Virus record (IMG/VR): IMGVR_UViG_3300037042_004000
Coordinates: 1 to 64,000 of that record
DNA: 64,000 nt
From: a virus
Strand: one strand, 5' to 3'
Each line of letters opens with the position of its first letter. Position 1 is the first letter of the stretch. The notes beneath the pieces are model-generated. The model made no database searches, was not told the origin of the DNA, and worked only from the letters and a program-made list of their open reading frames with translations. This document shows, piece after piece, positions 1 to 8,520 of this stretch. Made by a program: the position numbers and the translations under genes.

Positions 1-142
1 CAGGTGTACAGTAGCCAGGTGTACAGTAGCCAGGTGTACAGTAGCCAGGTGTACAGTAGCCAGGTGTACAGTAGCCAGGTGTACAGTAGCCAGGTGTACA
101 GTAGCCAGGTGTACAGTAGCCAGGTGTACAGTAGCCAGGTGT
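1..142. repeat. 15-bp perfect tandem repeat (CAGGTGTACAGTAGC)x9 plus a partial copy, cut off by the window start
   Basis: Read directly: nine exact units at 1-135, then CAGGTGT at 136-142; each unit contains the palindrome TGTACA. Confidence 0.97.
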
Positions 143-184
143 GGCCGTAGGTACAGTCAAAGGTCGTGGATTTGTCAGAAAATT

Positions 185-235
185 AAATATAAAATAAATA
201 ATAATATAAAAATTATTATTATTTATTTTATATTT
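185..235. repeat. A/T-only inverted repeat (22-bp arms, 7-nt loop)
   Basis: 185-206 is the exact reverse complement of 214-235. Confidence 0.9.
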
Positions 236-311
236 TGTTCCACTATACAGGGGTACAGTGGAGATCAGACACCCCTTCTTTCTTTTCCAATCCCAACTCT
301 AATTTAATTAT

Positions 312-567
312 TCTCAACCCTTGTTTAATTTTTAATAACAAAGAAATAGGACAATCAATTTTATAGACGTTGGTTCTATCTCAACCCTTGTTTAATTTTT
401 AATAACAAAGAAATAGGACAATCAATTTTATAGACGTTGGTTCTATCCCAACCTTTGTTTAATTTCTAACAACCCAGAAATAGAATTACCAATCCATAAA
501 AGGTGGTTCCCTATTTAATTTCTAACAATTAAGAAATAGAAATAGAAATCTATGGAAGTTGGTTCCA
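312..567. repeat. 67-bp tandem repeat: two exact copies (312-378, 379-445) and two degenerate copies
   Basis: TCTCAACCCTTGTTTAATTTTTAATAACAAAGAAATAGG...GGTTCTA recurs with a period of 67; TTTAATTTCTAACAA...AGAAATAGAA...GGTTCC persists in the later copies. Confidence 0.9.
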
Positions 568-604
568 TATATAACTAAGAAGTTGTTCGTTAAGGAAATA
601 AAAG

Positions 605-1060
605 ATGATTACTTTTCATAAATGGTTAGAAACATTAGTTTTAGAGGCATCATTAACTTGTAAAAACGGCCATTCTTTTAACATACCCGATTGGTTAAGA
701 GATAATACTATTTTTTGCCCAAAATGTAAAATAGTCGTACAAAGAAGTCCAAATGAAAAACAGGGAGAAACCCGTGTTGAAATTAAAAAGAGTCCATTGA
801 GTGGAAGACCAGCGACTCTTGAAGTTTCTTTTCTTTATAATGCAAAAACACAGCAAATTATAAAGATAACCCAGATAGTGTTTATTGTTGTAAAACACAA
901 CCAACGTCATAAAGTGGATCAATCTGAGGCAAAACAATATGTGGATGGCTGTCCTGAGATCAAACAACAGGTTGAAAAGTGGATTAAAGATAGAGTAAAA
1001 GCAGATTTATACAATCAAGAATTAAAACAAAGTCCCAAACCTTGGCCACCGACCCCATGA
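605..1060 (+). CDS. Hypothetical protein with capsid-targeting-like N-terminus and a zinc-ribbon-like motif
   Basis: MITFHKWLE start; CxxGH...CPKC; AAGGA RBS upstream. Confidence 0.7.
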   Translation: MITFHKWLETLVLEASLTCKNGHSFNIPDWLRDNTIFCPKCKIVVQRSPNEKQGETRVEIKKSPLSGRPATLEVSFLYNAKTQQIIKITQIVFIVVKHNQRHKVDQSEAKQYVDGCPEIKQQVEKWIKDRVKADLYNQELKQSPKPWPPTP

Positions 1061-1150
1061 ACACCCCCTGTAATCGCTCAGGATGCCCCAGGATTAAAAG
1101 TTATATAAAACATGTAAAGAAACACCAAAAGTATAAAAGGAACTAAATCA

Positions 1151-1546
1151 ATGCGATTTAAGCAATGGCTAGAAGAAATTAATAAATTTGACTATGAGGG
1201 AGATCGAGTAGAAAAATACTTTACAATTGGTCATGGAGAGGAGCGTACAGTGATATGGGCATTAATAAACGGTGAGATGCGGGTATATGTAGCGAATTCA
1301 GGGGAAAAGGAGTCACATGGAACGATTTGGGGACATCAGATCACAGACAGGGGATTTAAGGGTCGCTATGAGCCAGATACGGGGAAATTGAGTGTAGTAA
1401 TTCCATCAGCCCTGTATCAGAATCCATATTTAGACGAAAAGAAATTAGGATTAAAGGTAAAGGCTGCAATACAAACAGATATAATCCCTGCATTAGAGAA
1501 GCGATTTAGGAAGCGGATTGAGCCAAAAGATGTGGAGATATTTTGA
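1151..1546 (+). CDS. Hypothetical protein with capsid-targeting-like N-terminus
   Basis: MRFKQWLEE start; stop overlaps the start of the next gene. Confidence 0.7.
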   Translation: MRFKQWLEEINKFDYEGDRVEKYFTIGHGEERTVIWALINGEMRVYVANSGEKESHGTIWGHQITDRGFKGRYEPDTGKLSVVIPSALYQNPYLDEKKLGLKVKAAIQTDIIPALEKRFRKRIEPKDVEIF

Positions 1547-2106
1547 TGAGTTTTCGATTATGGTTAGAGGAAGATTATAGGGGGAATCATGAGGCACCTA
1601 GTTCTGCGCATTCACCTCTTCATGATTTAAGTGGTACTTATCCTGATGACATATATGGACCTGAAGGAGCGAGATTTTATGGGACAAGGGAGCCATATGA
1701 TTACGAGACAATATCAATTATTAAACAAGCTAGAAACAAGCCGAACATGCCCATTAAGATTTATAGGGCTGTTCCTGCTATTATAACGAATCAAGAAAAG
1801 ATTAATGACTTAGAGCAGCAGAAAAAATACATTTTAAAGCATGGCAAGATGCCAGCACATATTAAGAACAATGACAGGTCAACATATTACGGATTTATCA
1901 GTGATGAGTTAGATAAATTAAGATTATTACCTACAGAAAAGAGGGTTGGTATAAATGCGGGTGATTGGGTGACTATTAATAAATCATATGCGGTGGAGCA
2001 TGGTCGGAGTCAGTTTGGCAGATACAGGATAATCAGCAAGACAGTACCAGCGAGGACATTACATACATTTGGTGACAGCATACATGAGTGGGGATATAAT
2101 CCATGA
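1543..2106 (+). CDS. Cargo-motif protein, possibly ADP-ribosyltransferase-like fold
   Basis: MSFRLWLEE start; IYRAVP...GDWVT...YAVEHG...IHEWGY pattern resembles domains of phage polyvalent proteins; fold call is tentative. Confidence 0.45.
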   Translation: MMSFRLWLEEDYRGNHEAPSSAHSPLHDLSGTYPDDIYGPEGARFYGTREPYDYETISIIKQARNKPNMPIKIYRAVPAIITNQEKINDLEQQKKYILKHGKMPAHIKNNDRSTYYGFISDELDKLRLLPTEKRVGINAGDWVTINKSYAVEHGRSQFGRYRIISKTVPARTLHTFGDSIHEWGYNP

Positions 2107-2121
2107 TTACTATACTATAAC

Positions 2122-2292
2122 ATGATTACCAAAGAACAAAAAAAATTGATATTAACAAAGTTATCGGGAATTGAGGGTCGGACATTGGTATTAGACTATT
2201 TAACCAAGGTGGGGGCAACAGGGCATCGCACATTAGTATTTGAGACTGCTTTACGGGATTTTCTTTTAGAGCTTGCTGAAAAGGTTGAATAA
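2122..2292 (+). CDS. Small hypothetical protein (56 aa, below the ORF-track cutoff)
   Basis: ATG at 2122 is open to TAA at 2290-2292 and fills the intergenic gap. Confidence 0.5.
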   Translation: MITKEQKKLILTKLSGIEGRTLVLDYLTKVGATGHRTLVFETALRDFLLELAEKVE

Positions 2293-2295
2293 TTA

Positions 2296-2544
2296 CTATT
2301 GATTTAATTTCCTCAAAATTTGTAATAATTCTTGTTTATCTCTATCATTTCCATTTCCACTGTTTACTTTTTTAGAGATATCTTGTACAGAGCGATACAT
2401 TCTATCAATTTCTTGGCTATCTAGGTCGTCAACGATATCGCCATGACCTTCCGTTCTTAATTTTTGTTTAGTAGCATCTAAAGACTGTTTAATTTTTTGT
2501 GTCATTCTTCGTAGTTCATCAGTTTGTGAAGGTCTTGTGAGCAA
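2296..2544 (-). CDS. Small helical hypothetical protein
   Basis: ORF track; amphipathic composition; convergent with 2122-2292. Confidence 0.5.
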   Translation of the reverse strand: MLTRPSQTDELRRMTQKIKQSLDATKQKLRTEGHGDIVDDLDSQEIDRMYRSVQDISKKVNSGNGNDRDKQELLQILRKLNQ

Positions 2545-2831
2545 ATTTAAGCAACAAATGGGACCGAGTCATTTTTACGGACCTTATAAATTAGAACAAA
2601 TTCCACAATCTCTACAGCAGGCATGTGATATAACGGGTGAAGACACGGAATATAAGATTGAGATAGGGCGATTTGATTTTGGCAGAGAGAATCCACAAGA
2701 CATTGTTATGGGTATTAACTCTTATTTTTGGCAAAGGGTTTAAGTTTGATACAGCCATACCTGGGGCAGCAGAAAGAAACAAACAATTAGAGCTTGATCC
2801 GATGGCCAAGAAAAGAGGATTTATTTCATGA
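2537..2831 (+). pseudogene. Probable frameshifted hypothetical gene (one extra G in ATAGGGCGAT near 2665)
   Basis: The +1 frame after the G-run reads GDLILAERIHKTLLWVLTLIFGKGFKFD...KRGFIS* and ends at 2831. Confidence 0.4.
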
Positions 2832-2848
2832 ATGACATGATTATTTTG

Positions 2849-4070
2849 ACAAAAATGAACAAAATATAGCAAAAAATGAATTAGACATACTATATAAGTA
2901 TGTCATGAAACTAATTCGCTCAACTAAACTCACACTCAAATTTGTCAATAAAAGTAAAAAACAACAATTACTACTCATTCTAACTGAATACAGTAAGGTT
3001 GTCAATTTCTTTATTGATTTGTTTTGGGAACAACCAATTTCAAAAAGACAATTATTAAAAACAGTATTGGCAAAAGCAGATACTTGGCTTTGTGCCAGAA
3101 CACGTAAGGTTGCTGCAAGGGAAGCCATTGATATGATTCGCTCTGCAAAGGAAGTTGCCAAAACTCGTAGCGAAGAACAAGAAAAAGAAGTCTTGCCATT
3201 AAAACCAGTGCATCACGGTAATCGTATGTGTTTTTCTTCTATGAATGTAAGATTGGAAACCAGTAAAACAAAACATTTTGATGCTTGGCTTCATTTATCT
3301 TCCATTGGTAATAAAACCATCATTGATTTACCCCTCAAAGGGCATAAACACCTGAATAAAATTAAATCAATGGGTAAGAGATTGGAGTCATACATTATTA
3401 CGCCTAATTATGTTCAAGTTTGTTATGAAATAAACACAGGGACAAAGTTAAATGATGGTGAAATGATTGGAATTGATACAGGGATTAATGCTTTGGCAAC
3501 ATTGGACAATGGACAACAATACGGCAAAGATGTTAAACAAAAGATTGAAAGAGTAAAACGATGCAAACATGGAAGTAAAGGACAACAAAAAGCTCGTAGG
3601 GCCTTGAAGCAATACATTGATGAGACTGCGAAAATAGTCACGAAAGACAAGCGTTTGGTAGTGGTTGAAAAATTACGCCAAATGAATTACAAAACAAAAC
3701 TCAAACGTCGCTTGAGCAAAAATATGCGACGATCTCTTGGTACATGGAATTATCGTTATTGGTTGATGCGGGTAGAAGCAGCTTGTGAGATTGGACGTTC
3801 CAGCTTCAGAAGCGTAGCCCCACAATATACCAGTCAACGATGCCAAGCATGTGGTCATACCGAGAGGGGAAATCGCAACGGAGAGATGTTCAAGTGTCGG
3901 AGTTGTGGTCATACTGACAATGCTGATGTTAATGCAGCCAAGAATATCTTGTTACGATTTACTTGCGGACAATACGGTGCCGCATTCAAACAGAAAAATG
4001 GTAAATTTAGGGAATCTGCTGTTGAGCAAGTTTCATGACAACCTAGATTTACCTAGATTTTTCTGAACGG
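2849..4070 (+). mobile_element. Non-autonomous IS607-like tnpB element (boundaries inferred)
   Basis: Contains tnpB; 3' inverted repeat GGTAAATTTAGG/CCTAGATTTACC; ACCTAGATTT x2; ends in AACGG; left end has repeated CAAAAATGAA-like units; no tnpA. Confidence 0.5.
2905..4038 (+). CDS. tnpB: RNA-guided endonuclease TnpB
   Basis: RuvC-I GIDTG, RuvC-II VVVEKL, zinc finger TSQRCQACGH...FKCRSCG, RuvC-III NADVNAAKNI; D-E-D triad intact. Confidence 0.93.
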   Translation: MKLIRSTKLTLKFVNKSKKQQLLLILTEYSKVVNFFIDLFWEQPISKRQLLKTVLAKADTWLCARTRKVAAREAIDMIRSAKEVAKTRSEEQEKEVLPLKPVHHGNRMCFSSMNVRLETSKTKHFDAWLHLSSIGNKTIIDLPLKGHKHLNKIKSMGKRLESYIITPNYVQVCYEINTGTKLNDGEMIGIDTGINALATLDNGQQYGKDVKQKIERVKRCKHGSKGQQKARRALKQYIDETAKIVTKDKRLVVVEKLRQMNYKTKLKRRLSKNMRRSLGTWNYRYWLMRVEAACEIGRSSFRSVAPQYTSQRCQACGHTERGNRNGEMFKCRSCGHTDNADVNAAKNILLRFTCGQYGAAFKQKNGKFRESAVEQVS

Positions 4071-4341
4071 TTGGCTATTTTATCCTCTGTGAATTTAAAG
4101 TCTTTAATAAGTCGATGAGTAACACTCACGGCAACAAAGTAGTTGTTAATTATTCGCATTAATACTTTTTTTCTACTTGGATCTTGGTATTGTGGTTTTT
4201 GAGCATAATCTTTTGTAAAGGTTTGTTCTGCCCATTGTTTTGCATTTGCCAAATCTTGTTGGTTTGGTGTTCTTATTTTTAAAAATTTGTTTTTAATTTC
4301 CATGAATCGGCTGTTAGCTTCATCTTCTTGCGATTGGTTAC

Positions 4342-5883
4342 AACGCTTCGGCGAAAGCCACACCATCTACTGATGTTCGCCCTGTGAGCGGTGACGACCG
4401 AGCCGTAGGCGAGGGAGACAATGCGAACTAGGGCGAACCCTTGGGGTGTGGTAAGCCGAAGCATAGTGGAAGTCAGTCCAGAAATTATTTTGGAAATCGG
4501 AGGATTTTGTTGCTGAAATTTGTTCCCGCAGTAACTAGATAAGTGCGTGGACAAAAGACTCAGCCAACGCAAAGCGACACAGAAACGAAGGAAGACCCAG
4601 ACCTGTAAGGTCTATGAGGCGAAGATTGACCGCTCTCACCTCTCCGCTTCTGCTGTCAGTCATTTGTCCAGTTTGTTCAAGGAAGCAAAGTGGTTTTACA
4701 ACTTCTGTCTCTCCCACGACGATGTGGATGAAGTGGACACAAAACTCCGTACTATCCCCGTCAAGGTTGGTGATAAGGATAGTGACGAATATGAAGACCG
4801 AGACTTGTCCGTCCTTCAAGCCCAAATGAAACAGGGGATACAAACCCGACTCTTCGGTTCGTTGATGAGTCTTGCCGCCTTGAAGGAAAAAGGTTTCAAG
4901 GTTGGACGATTGAAGTTCAAGGGAGCAGTCAATTCCATTCCATTGAAGCAATATGACAAGACCTACTTCATTCGCAACGGCAAGGTGCGGATACAAGGAC
5001 TGAAACAATGGTTGAGAGTCAATGGACTTGACCAAATCCCTGCCGATGCGGAGATTGCTAACGCTACGCTGGTTCGGAGGCACGGAGACTTCTACATCCA
5101 TGTGACGACCTACCAAGAGAAGGAAGTGAAGGTTGTTCCCAATGCCGTAATAGGAATTGACTTTGGTTGCGACACTCAACTCACTTTCTCCAACGGCGTG
5201 AAGGTCAAGTTCCAAGTTCCGCCAAGCAAAAGGTTGCGTCGGCTTGACCGCAAGATAATGCGACGAGGGAAGAAGGCACGCTCCAACAACAAGACCAAAG
5301 ACCAAATCAAGAGACAGAAAGAATACGAACGAGTCACCAACAAGAAGAAGGATATTAGGCACAAATTGGTGAGTGCCATCACGAACAACTATCGGTATGT
5401 TGCGTTTCAGGATGATTCCATTCACGCATGGGCGATGGGTGGTCATGGGAAGAAGGTTCAACATTCGGGGATCGGCGGAATACTCTCCGACTTGAAGCAC
5501 AAGTCGGTAACGCCCCTTGAAGTGGACAAGTTCTTTCCTAGCACCAAACTTTGTCCGCAATGTGGAAAGAAGAACTCACCAACGCTTGCCGATAGAACAT
5601 ACGAATGCGATTGTGGTTTCGTCATGGATAGGGACTTGAAATCAAGCATTTGTATTGAGAACGAAGGATTGAAACAAATACCTACGGACTGTAGGGAATT
5701 TACGCTTGGGGAGATTTCGACCTCTACTTTCATGGGTGCATTGGCTAATATCCACGGCATTCATGTAAGCAAGTTGGAGTCGTTGAACCAAGAAGCCGCA
5801 GCACGCAGTGGACATGAGGATGTAGGGAGTGAGCGTAAGCGAACGACCAAAGCCTCATGTCGGCTTGCCCTGCGGTAAGTCAC
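4342..5883 (+). mobile_element. IS200/IS605-family element (tnpB only), 1542 bp, inserted 3' of TTAC and ending in TCAC
   Basis: Visibly GC-richer than its flanks; hairpin-rich ends; both ends recur in the mini-element at 9404-9503; precise removal restores the host ORF; no target duplication. Confidence 0.9.
4547..5878 (+). CDS. tnpB: TnpB-family protein with atypical RuvC-II (FQDDSI)
   Basis: GRLKFK, GIDFG, FPSTKLCPQCG...YECDCG, DRDLKSS. Confidence 0.9.
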   Translation: MDKRLSQRKATQKRRKTQTCKVYEAKIDRSHLSASAVSHLSSLFKEAKWFYNFCLSHDDVDEVDTKLRTIPVKVGDKDSDEYEDRDLSVLQAQMKQGIQTRLFGSLMSLAALKEKGFKVGRLKFKGAVNSIPLKQYDKTYFIRNGKVRIQGLKQWLRVNGLDQIPADAEIANATLVRRHGDFYIHVTTYQEKEVKVVPNAVIGIDFGCDTQLTFSNGVKVKFQVPPSKRLRRLDRKIMRRGKKARSNNKTKDQIKRQKEYERVTNKKKDIRHKLVSAITNNYRYVAFQDDSIHAWAMGGHGKKVQHSGIGGILSDLKHKSVTPLEVDKFFPSTKLCPQCGKKNSPTLADRTYECDCGFVMDRDLKSSICIENEGLKQIPTDCREFTLGEISTSTFMGALANIHGIHVSKLESLNQEAAARSGHEDVGSERKRTTKASCRLALR

Positions 5884-5903
5884 TTGGATCTGCTTGAGCA
5901 GGT
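5790..5903 (+). ncRNA. Predicted omega/reRNA: structured right end plus flanking guide (5884 onward)
   Basis: Nested stems CCGCAG/CTGCGG and GACATGAGG/CCTCATGTC end at TCAC; TnpB guide RNAs are known to derive from the right end; 5' limit unknown. Confidence 0.55.
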
Positions 5904-6058
5904 TGATTCATTCCTGCTAATGTAGATGCTCCTAAAGTTGCTGCTAGTACACCTTTTTTAGCCCAATCTTTCCAACCTTCATCAATAAATTCTGGATGTT
6001 GTTCAACGAGCCATATTTCGAAATTTTTCATATATTCCTAACTTATTATAATTTTACC

Positions 6059-6274
6059 TTACTTGTATAATTTCCGCAATATTTGTAAGTATCGAGTGAT
6101 TTCCAAAGCTTGTTTTTCTAGTTCATCAAATTGAGTTGCTACTTGCGGATATCGTTCTGCAACTTCAGAGAGCGAAGATCTAAAATCATTTCCTATTGTT
6201 ATCAAATCAAAAAGGTCGGCATATAAGCTGCCCGAGTTTGCTACCTCACCTAGATATTTTTTCCAAGTTTTCAT
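6059..6274 (-). CDS. Small cargo-motif protein
   Basis: MKTWKKYLGE start. Confidence 0.65.
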   Translation of the reverse strand: MKTWKKYLGEVANSGSLYADLFDLITIGNDFRSSLSEVAERYPQVATQFDELEKQALEITRYLQILRKLYK

Positions 6275-6278
6275 TATT

Positions 6279-6551
6279 TTATTTCAATTGCCATTTATGA
6301 GGTGTAGCTCTTTGTTCGCCAGACATATTATTTCCCAACAAATTAGCAGCTTGTTCTAGGAGTTTAGTGGCTTGTTGAATTTGTTGATTAAATTCTTTAA
6401 AACTTGGATCAATACCGAAGGTTGTACGGATTTGAGTAGCGAGAGATTGTATTTGATGTTCAGCACCAGCAATAGTGGTAGGTTCTAGAGCAGGTCCATC
6501 AATACTTGGTCTGTAGATATCATTTTCAGTAAATTGATAAAATGTTTTCAT
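6279..6551 (-). CDS. Small cargo-motif protein (start revised to 6551)
   Basis: MKTFYQFTE begins 5 nt from TATATA. Confidence 0.65.
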   Translation of the reverse strand: MKTFYQFTENDIYRPSIDGPALEPTTIAGAEHQIQSLATQIRTTFGIDPSFKEFNQQIQQATKLLEQAANLLGNNMSGEQRATPHKWQLK

Positions 6552-6580
6552 AATAATATATATTATTATGAAAACATTTT
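6539..6580. promoter_or_regulatory. 42-bp perfect palindrome centred on TATATA, spanning two divergent start codons; candidate bidirectional late promoter
   Basis: AAAATGTTTTCATAATAATATATATTATTATGAAAACATTTT is self-complementary. Confidence 0.75.
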
Positions 6581-6996
6581 TAGAATGGATAGAGGCTAAC
6601 AATTTAGAAGAGGGATTAGGGAGAAATCTTTTAACATTAGGTTTAATGGGATTAGGAAGTTTGGGGGCAGCGGGTTGTAGTGACAACAAATGCGTTAAAC
6701 AGAATCAACCAGCAGCGGCGGTTCAACAAGATCAAATAAACATAAATTTAGGTGGTGCTAGAAAAGTTACAGCCATCCTTAATGCTGGGGAGGATAATGG
6801 TAATGGAACGGTGAGATTTTTAGGAAGTAAATTATCTTTTAAAAGCAACAGTGATTTAGCGAGTCAATATGCTAAGACAGCGATTTTAAAGGCAGCGGGG
6901 TTATCTCGTGGTCACATACAAGAATTTGAAATTACTGGGACACAACAGCAGGGGAATTGGATTATTACTAATTTTCAATGGACGGGTGTAAAGTGA
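6568..6996 (+). CDS. Cargo-motif protein with a hydrophobic segment and lipobox-like AAGC
   Basis: MKTFLEWIE...LEEG followed by LLTLGLMGLGSLGAAGC. Confidence 0.7.
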   Translation: MKTFLEWIEANNLEEGLGRNLLTLGLMGLGSLGAAGCSDNKCVKQNQPAAAVQQDQININLGGARKVTAILNAGEDNGNGTVRFLGSKLSFKSNSDLASQYAKTAILKAAGLSRGHIQEFEITGTQQQGNWIITNFQWTGVK

Positions 6997-7817
6997 AAGA
7001 GGAGATTTATCCTTTTACGGCGAATATTAAGAATCATGATGGCAAGTCTGTAACTATTTACATTGATCCCAACAAAAAAGAATTAGACAAATTAGATTTT
7101 ATGGACGGTGTACGAGCATTATTAGACGTTAAGAATTGTTATGCATGGGCAAATGCTTTTCATGCAACAATAATGAGGCAACTTAGTTTAAGCAATGCCA
7201 TTCCAGTTCTTCTTTTTTATGATAACCAGACAGAGATATATGTAATGGTTACAGATGCAAGCAGAAGTACGTTATGGCATGAGAATCCCAAAGTTGCTGT
7301 AGCGATAAGAAACCATCCTTATATAAGAAAATGGAAGAAGATAGAGATAGGTTATTACAATGAGGACATTGTAGGAGATTGGGAAAAAGCGAAGACATTT
7401 AAAGAGTGGTTACATACGAATCATGCCGAATTAGGGCGAAGATATCCTAAGATAAGAGGGTCGTCGGATCTTGTGGATGGCCGCAGAGTATCTGGAAACG
7501 TAGACAACACAAGTTCAATAGGTGCAAGTTTAACAAATTGGGTAGCGATGTCGGGTATACGGCGAATACCAGCGAGTGATTTTGAGGATTGGAATTCTGG
7601 ATATTTCCCAGATTGTAGGGCAGATGAACAACAAAAAGTTAAAGAATTGGTAGCCCAGATACAGAAATCTAATAGAATATCCCCATTGATAGTGGTGATA
7701 GATGCCAAAGGGCCATATGTATTAGAGGGAGTGCATCGTTACGACGCCTTAAAGATATTGAAAGCAAATTGGGTTCCAGCATTAATTGTGATAGATCAGG
7801 ATGAGGTTGAAATATGA
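6978..7817 (+). CDS. Two-domain protein with C-terminal ParB/Srx-like domain (likely GTG start at 6993)
   Basis: ISPLIV...YVLEGVHRYDALK...VPALIV; internal KTFKEWL motif. Confidence 0.6.
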   Translation: MDGCKVKEEIYPFTANIKNHDGKSVTIYIDPNKKELDKLDFMDGVRALLDVKNCYAWANAFHATIMRQLSLSNAIPVLLFYDNQTEIYVMVTDASRSTLWHENPKVAVAIRNHPYIRKWKKIEIGYYNEDIVGDWEKAKTFKEWLHTNHAELGRRYPKIRGSSDLVDGRRVSGNVDNTSSIGASLTNWVAMSGIRRIPASDFEDWNSGYFPDCRADEQQKVKELVAQIQKSNRISPLIVVIDAKGPYVLEGVHRYDALKILKANWVPALIVIDQDEVEI

Positions 7818-8311
7818 ATTTTAAAGAGTGGTTATTTAGATCAGAGAATTATAATAAGAAAATTAGTTATAATATTTATAAAAATCCAGACAAAGCAGAA
7901 TTATTAGAGACATTGGAGAAAGACAAAAAAATTTCAAGGGCTATGTGGGATGAAGATTATGCTGGTAACGTAAGAGGGCTTTTAGTTGGAGAAGACATAT
8001 ATATTTGGCCTGAAAACGCAAGTATGCATTATGATATGGCAAGGGAGTACGACCTAAATTACAGAGTAGCATTTTATATTAATGACTGGTTAAAACTTAA
8101 TGGAAGCCACGGCGATTTAAGTAATGTAGAGAGGAATCCTAATTACATCAGAATGATGGATGGGTCAGAAGCAACATCTTCACCATCTTCTTTTACGACA
8201 AGGACTTGGAAAGACGTAATGAGAAGGCCAACGAAGGTTGAGCCGGGTGGGGCTTTTGCATTACCATATGAATCTAAGATTCCAACAATAGTTTCTCCAA
8301 CTATAAGATAA
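7814..8311 (+). CDS. Cargo-motif protein, paralogous to the N-domain of 6978-7817
   Basis: MNFKEWL; shared IYxxPxKxEL...VRxLL...YxW...H. Confidence 0.65.
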   Translation: MNFKEWLFRSENYNKKISYNIYKNPDKAELLETLEKDKKISRAMWDEDYAGNVRGLLVGEDIYIWPENASMHYDMAREYDLNYRVAFYINDWLKLNGSHGDLSNVERNPNYIRMMDGSEATSSPSSFTTRTWKDVMRRPTKVEPGGAFALPYESKIPTIVSPTIR

Positions 8312-8520
8312 GAAAATGCTTTGTCCCCATGCGGCAGAGAGTCCAGGCCACATCAGCGAGATCGTGGTGAAAAGGTGACACTCTGAGCCAGGGGTCCATT
8401 TTTTCATTTCTTTTAATTTTAATAATCTCCACCGAAGGTTTTAGCTCGTCATTAATATAACCTAATCTATATTGTACAATTTCTTTTACGATTTGTCCAC
8501 TTATATTTTTTTCTTCAATT

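Larger units (their letters stand above)
4049..6031 (-). pseudogene. Cargo-motif host gene (MKNFEIWLVE...) interrupted by the IS605-like element
   Basis: Joining 6031-5884 to 4341-4049 gives 441 nt in frame: ...AQADP-S-NQSQEDEANSRF... Confidence 0.85.

Noticed and set aside
1-567. CRISPR array
   Set aside because: The repeats are head-to-tail with no unique spacers
4535-5560. 341-aa minus-strand ORF
   Set aside because: Antisense shadow of tnpB in GC-richer DNA; no motifs
2905-5878. Cas12f-type CRISPR effectors
   Set aside because: No adjacent array; transposon-like ends explain both genes
4342-5883. IStron (group I intron-IS hybrid) spliced out of the host gene
   Set aside because: tnpB is antisense to the host gene, the left end is only about 200 nt, and no group I core is recognisable
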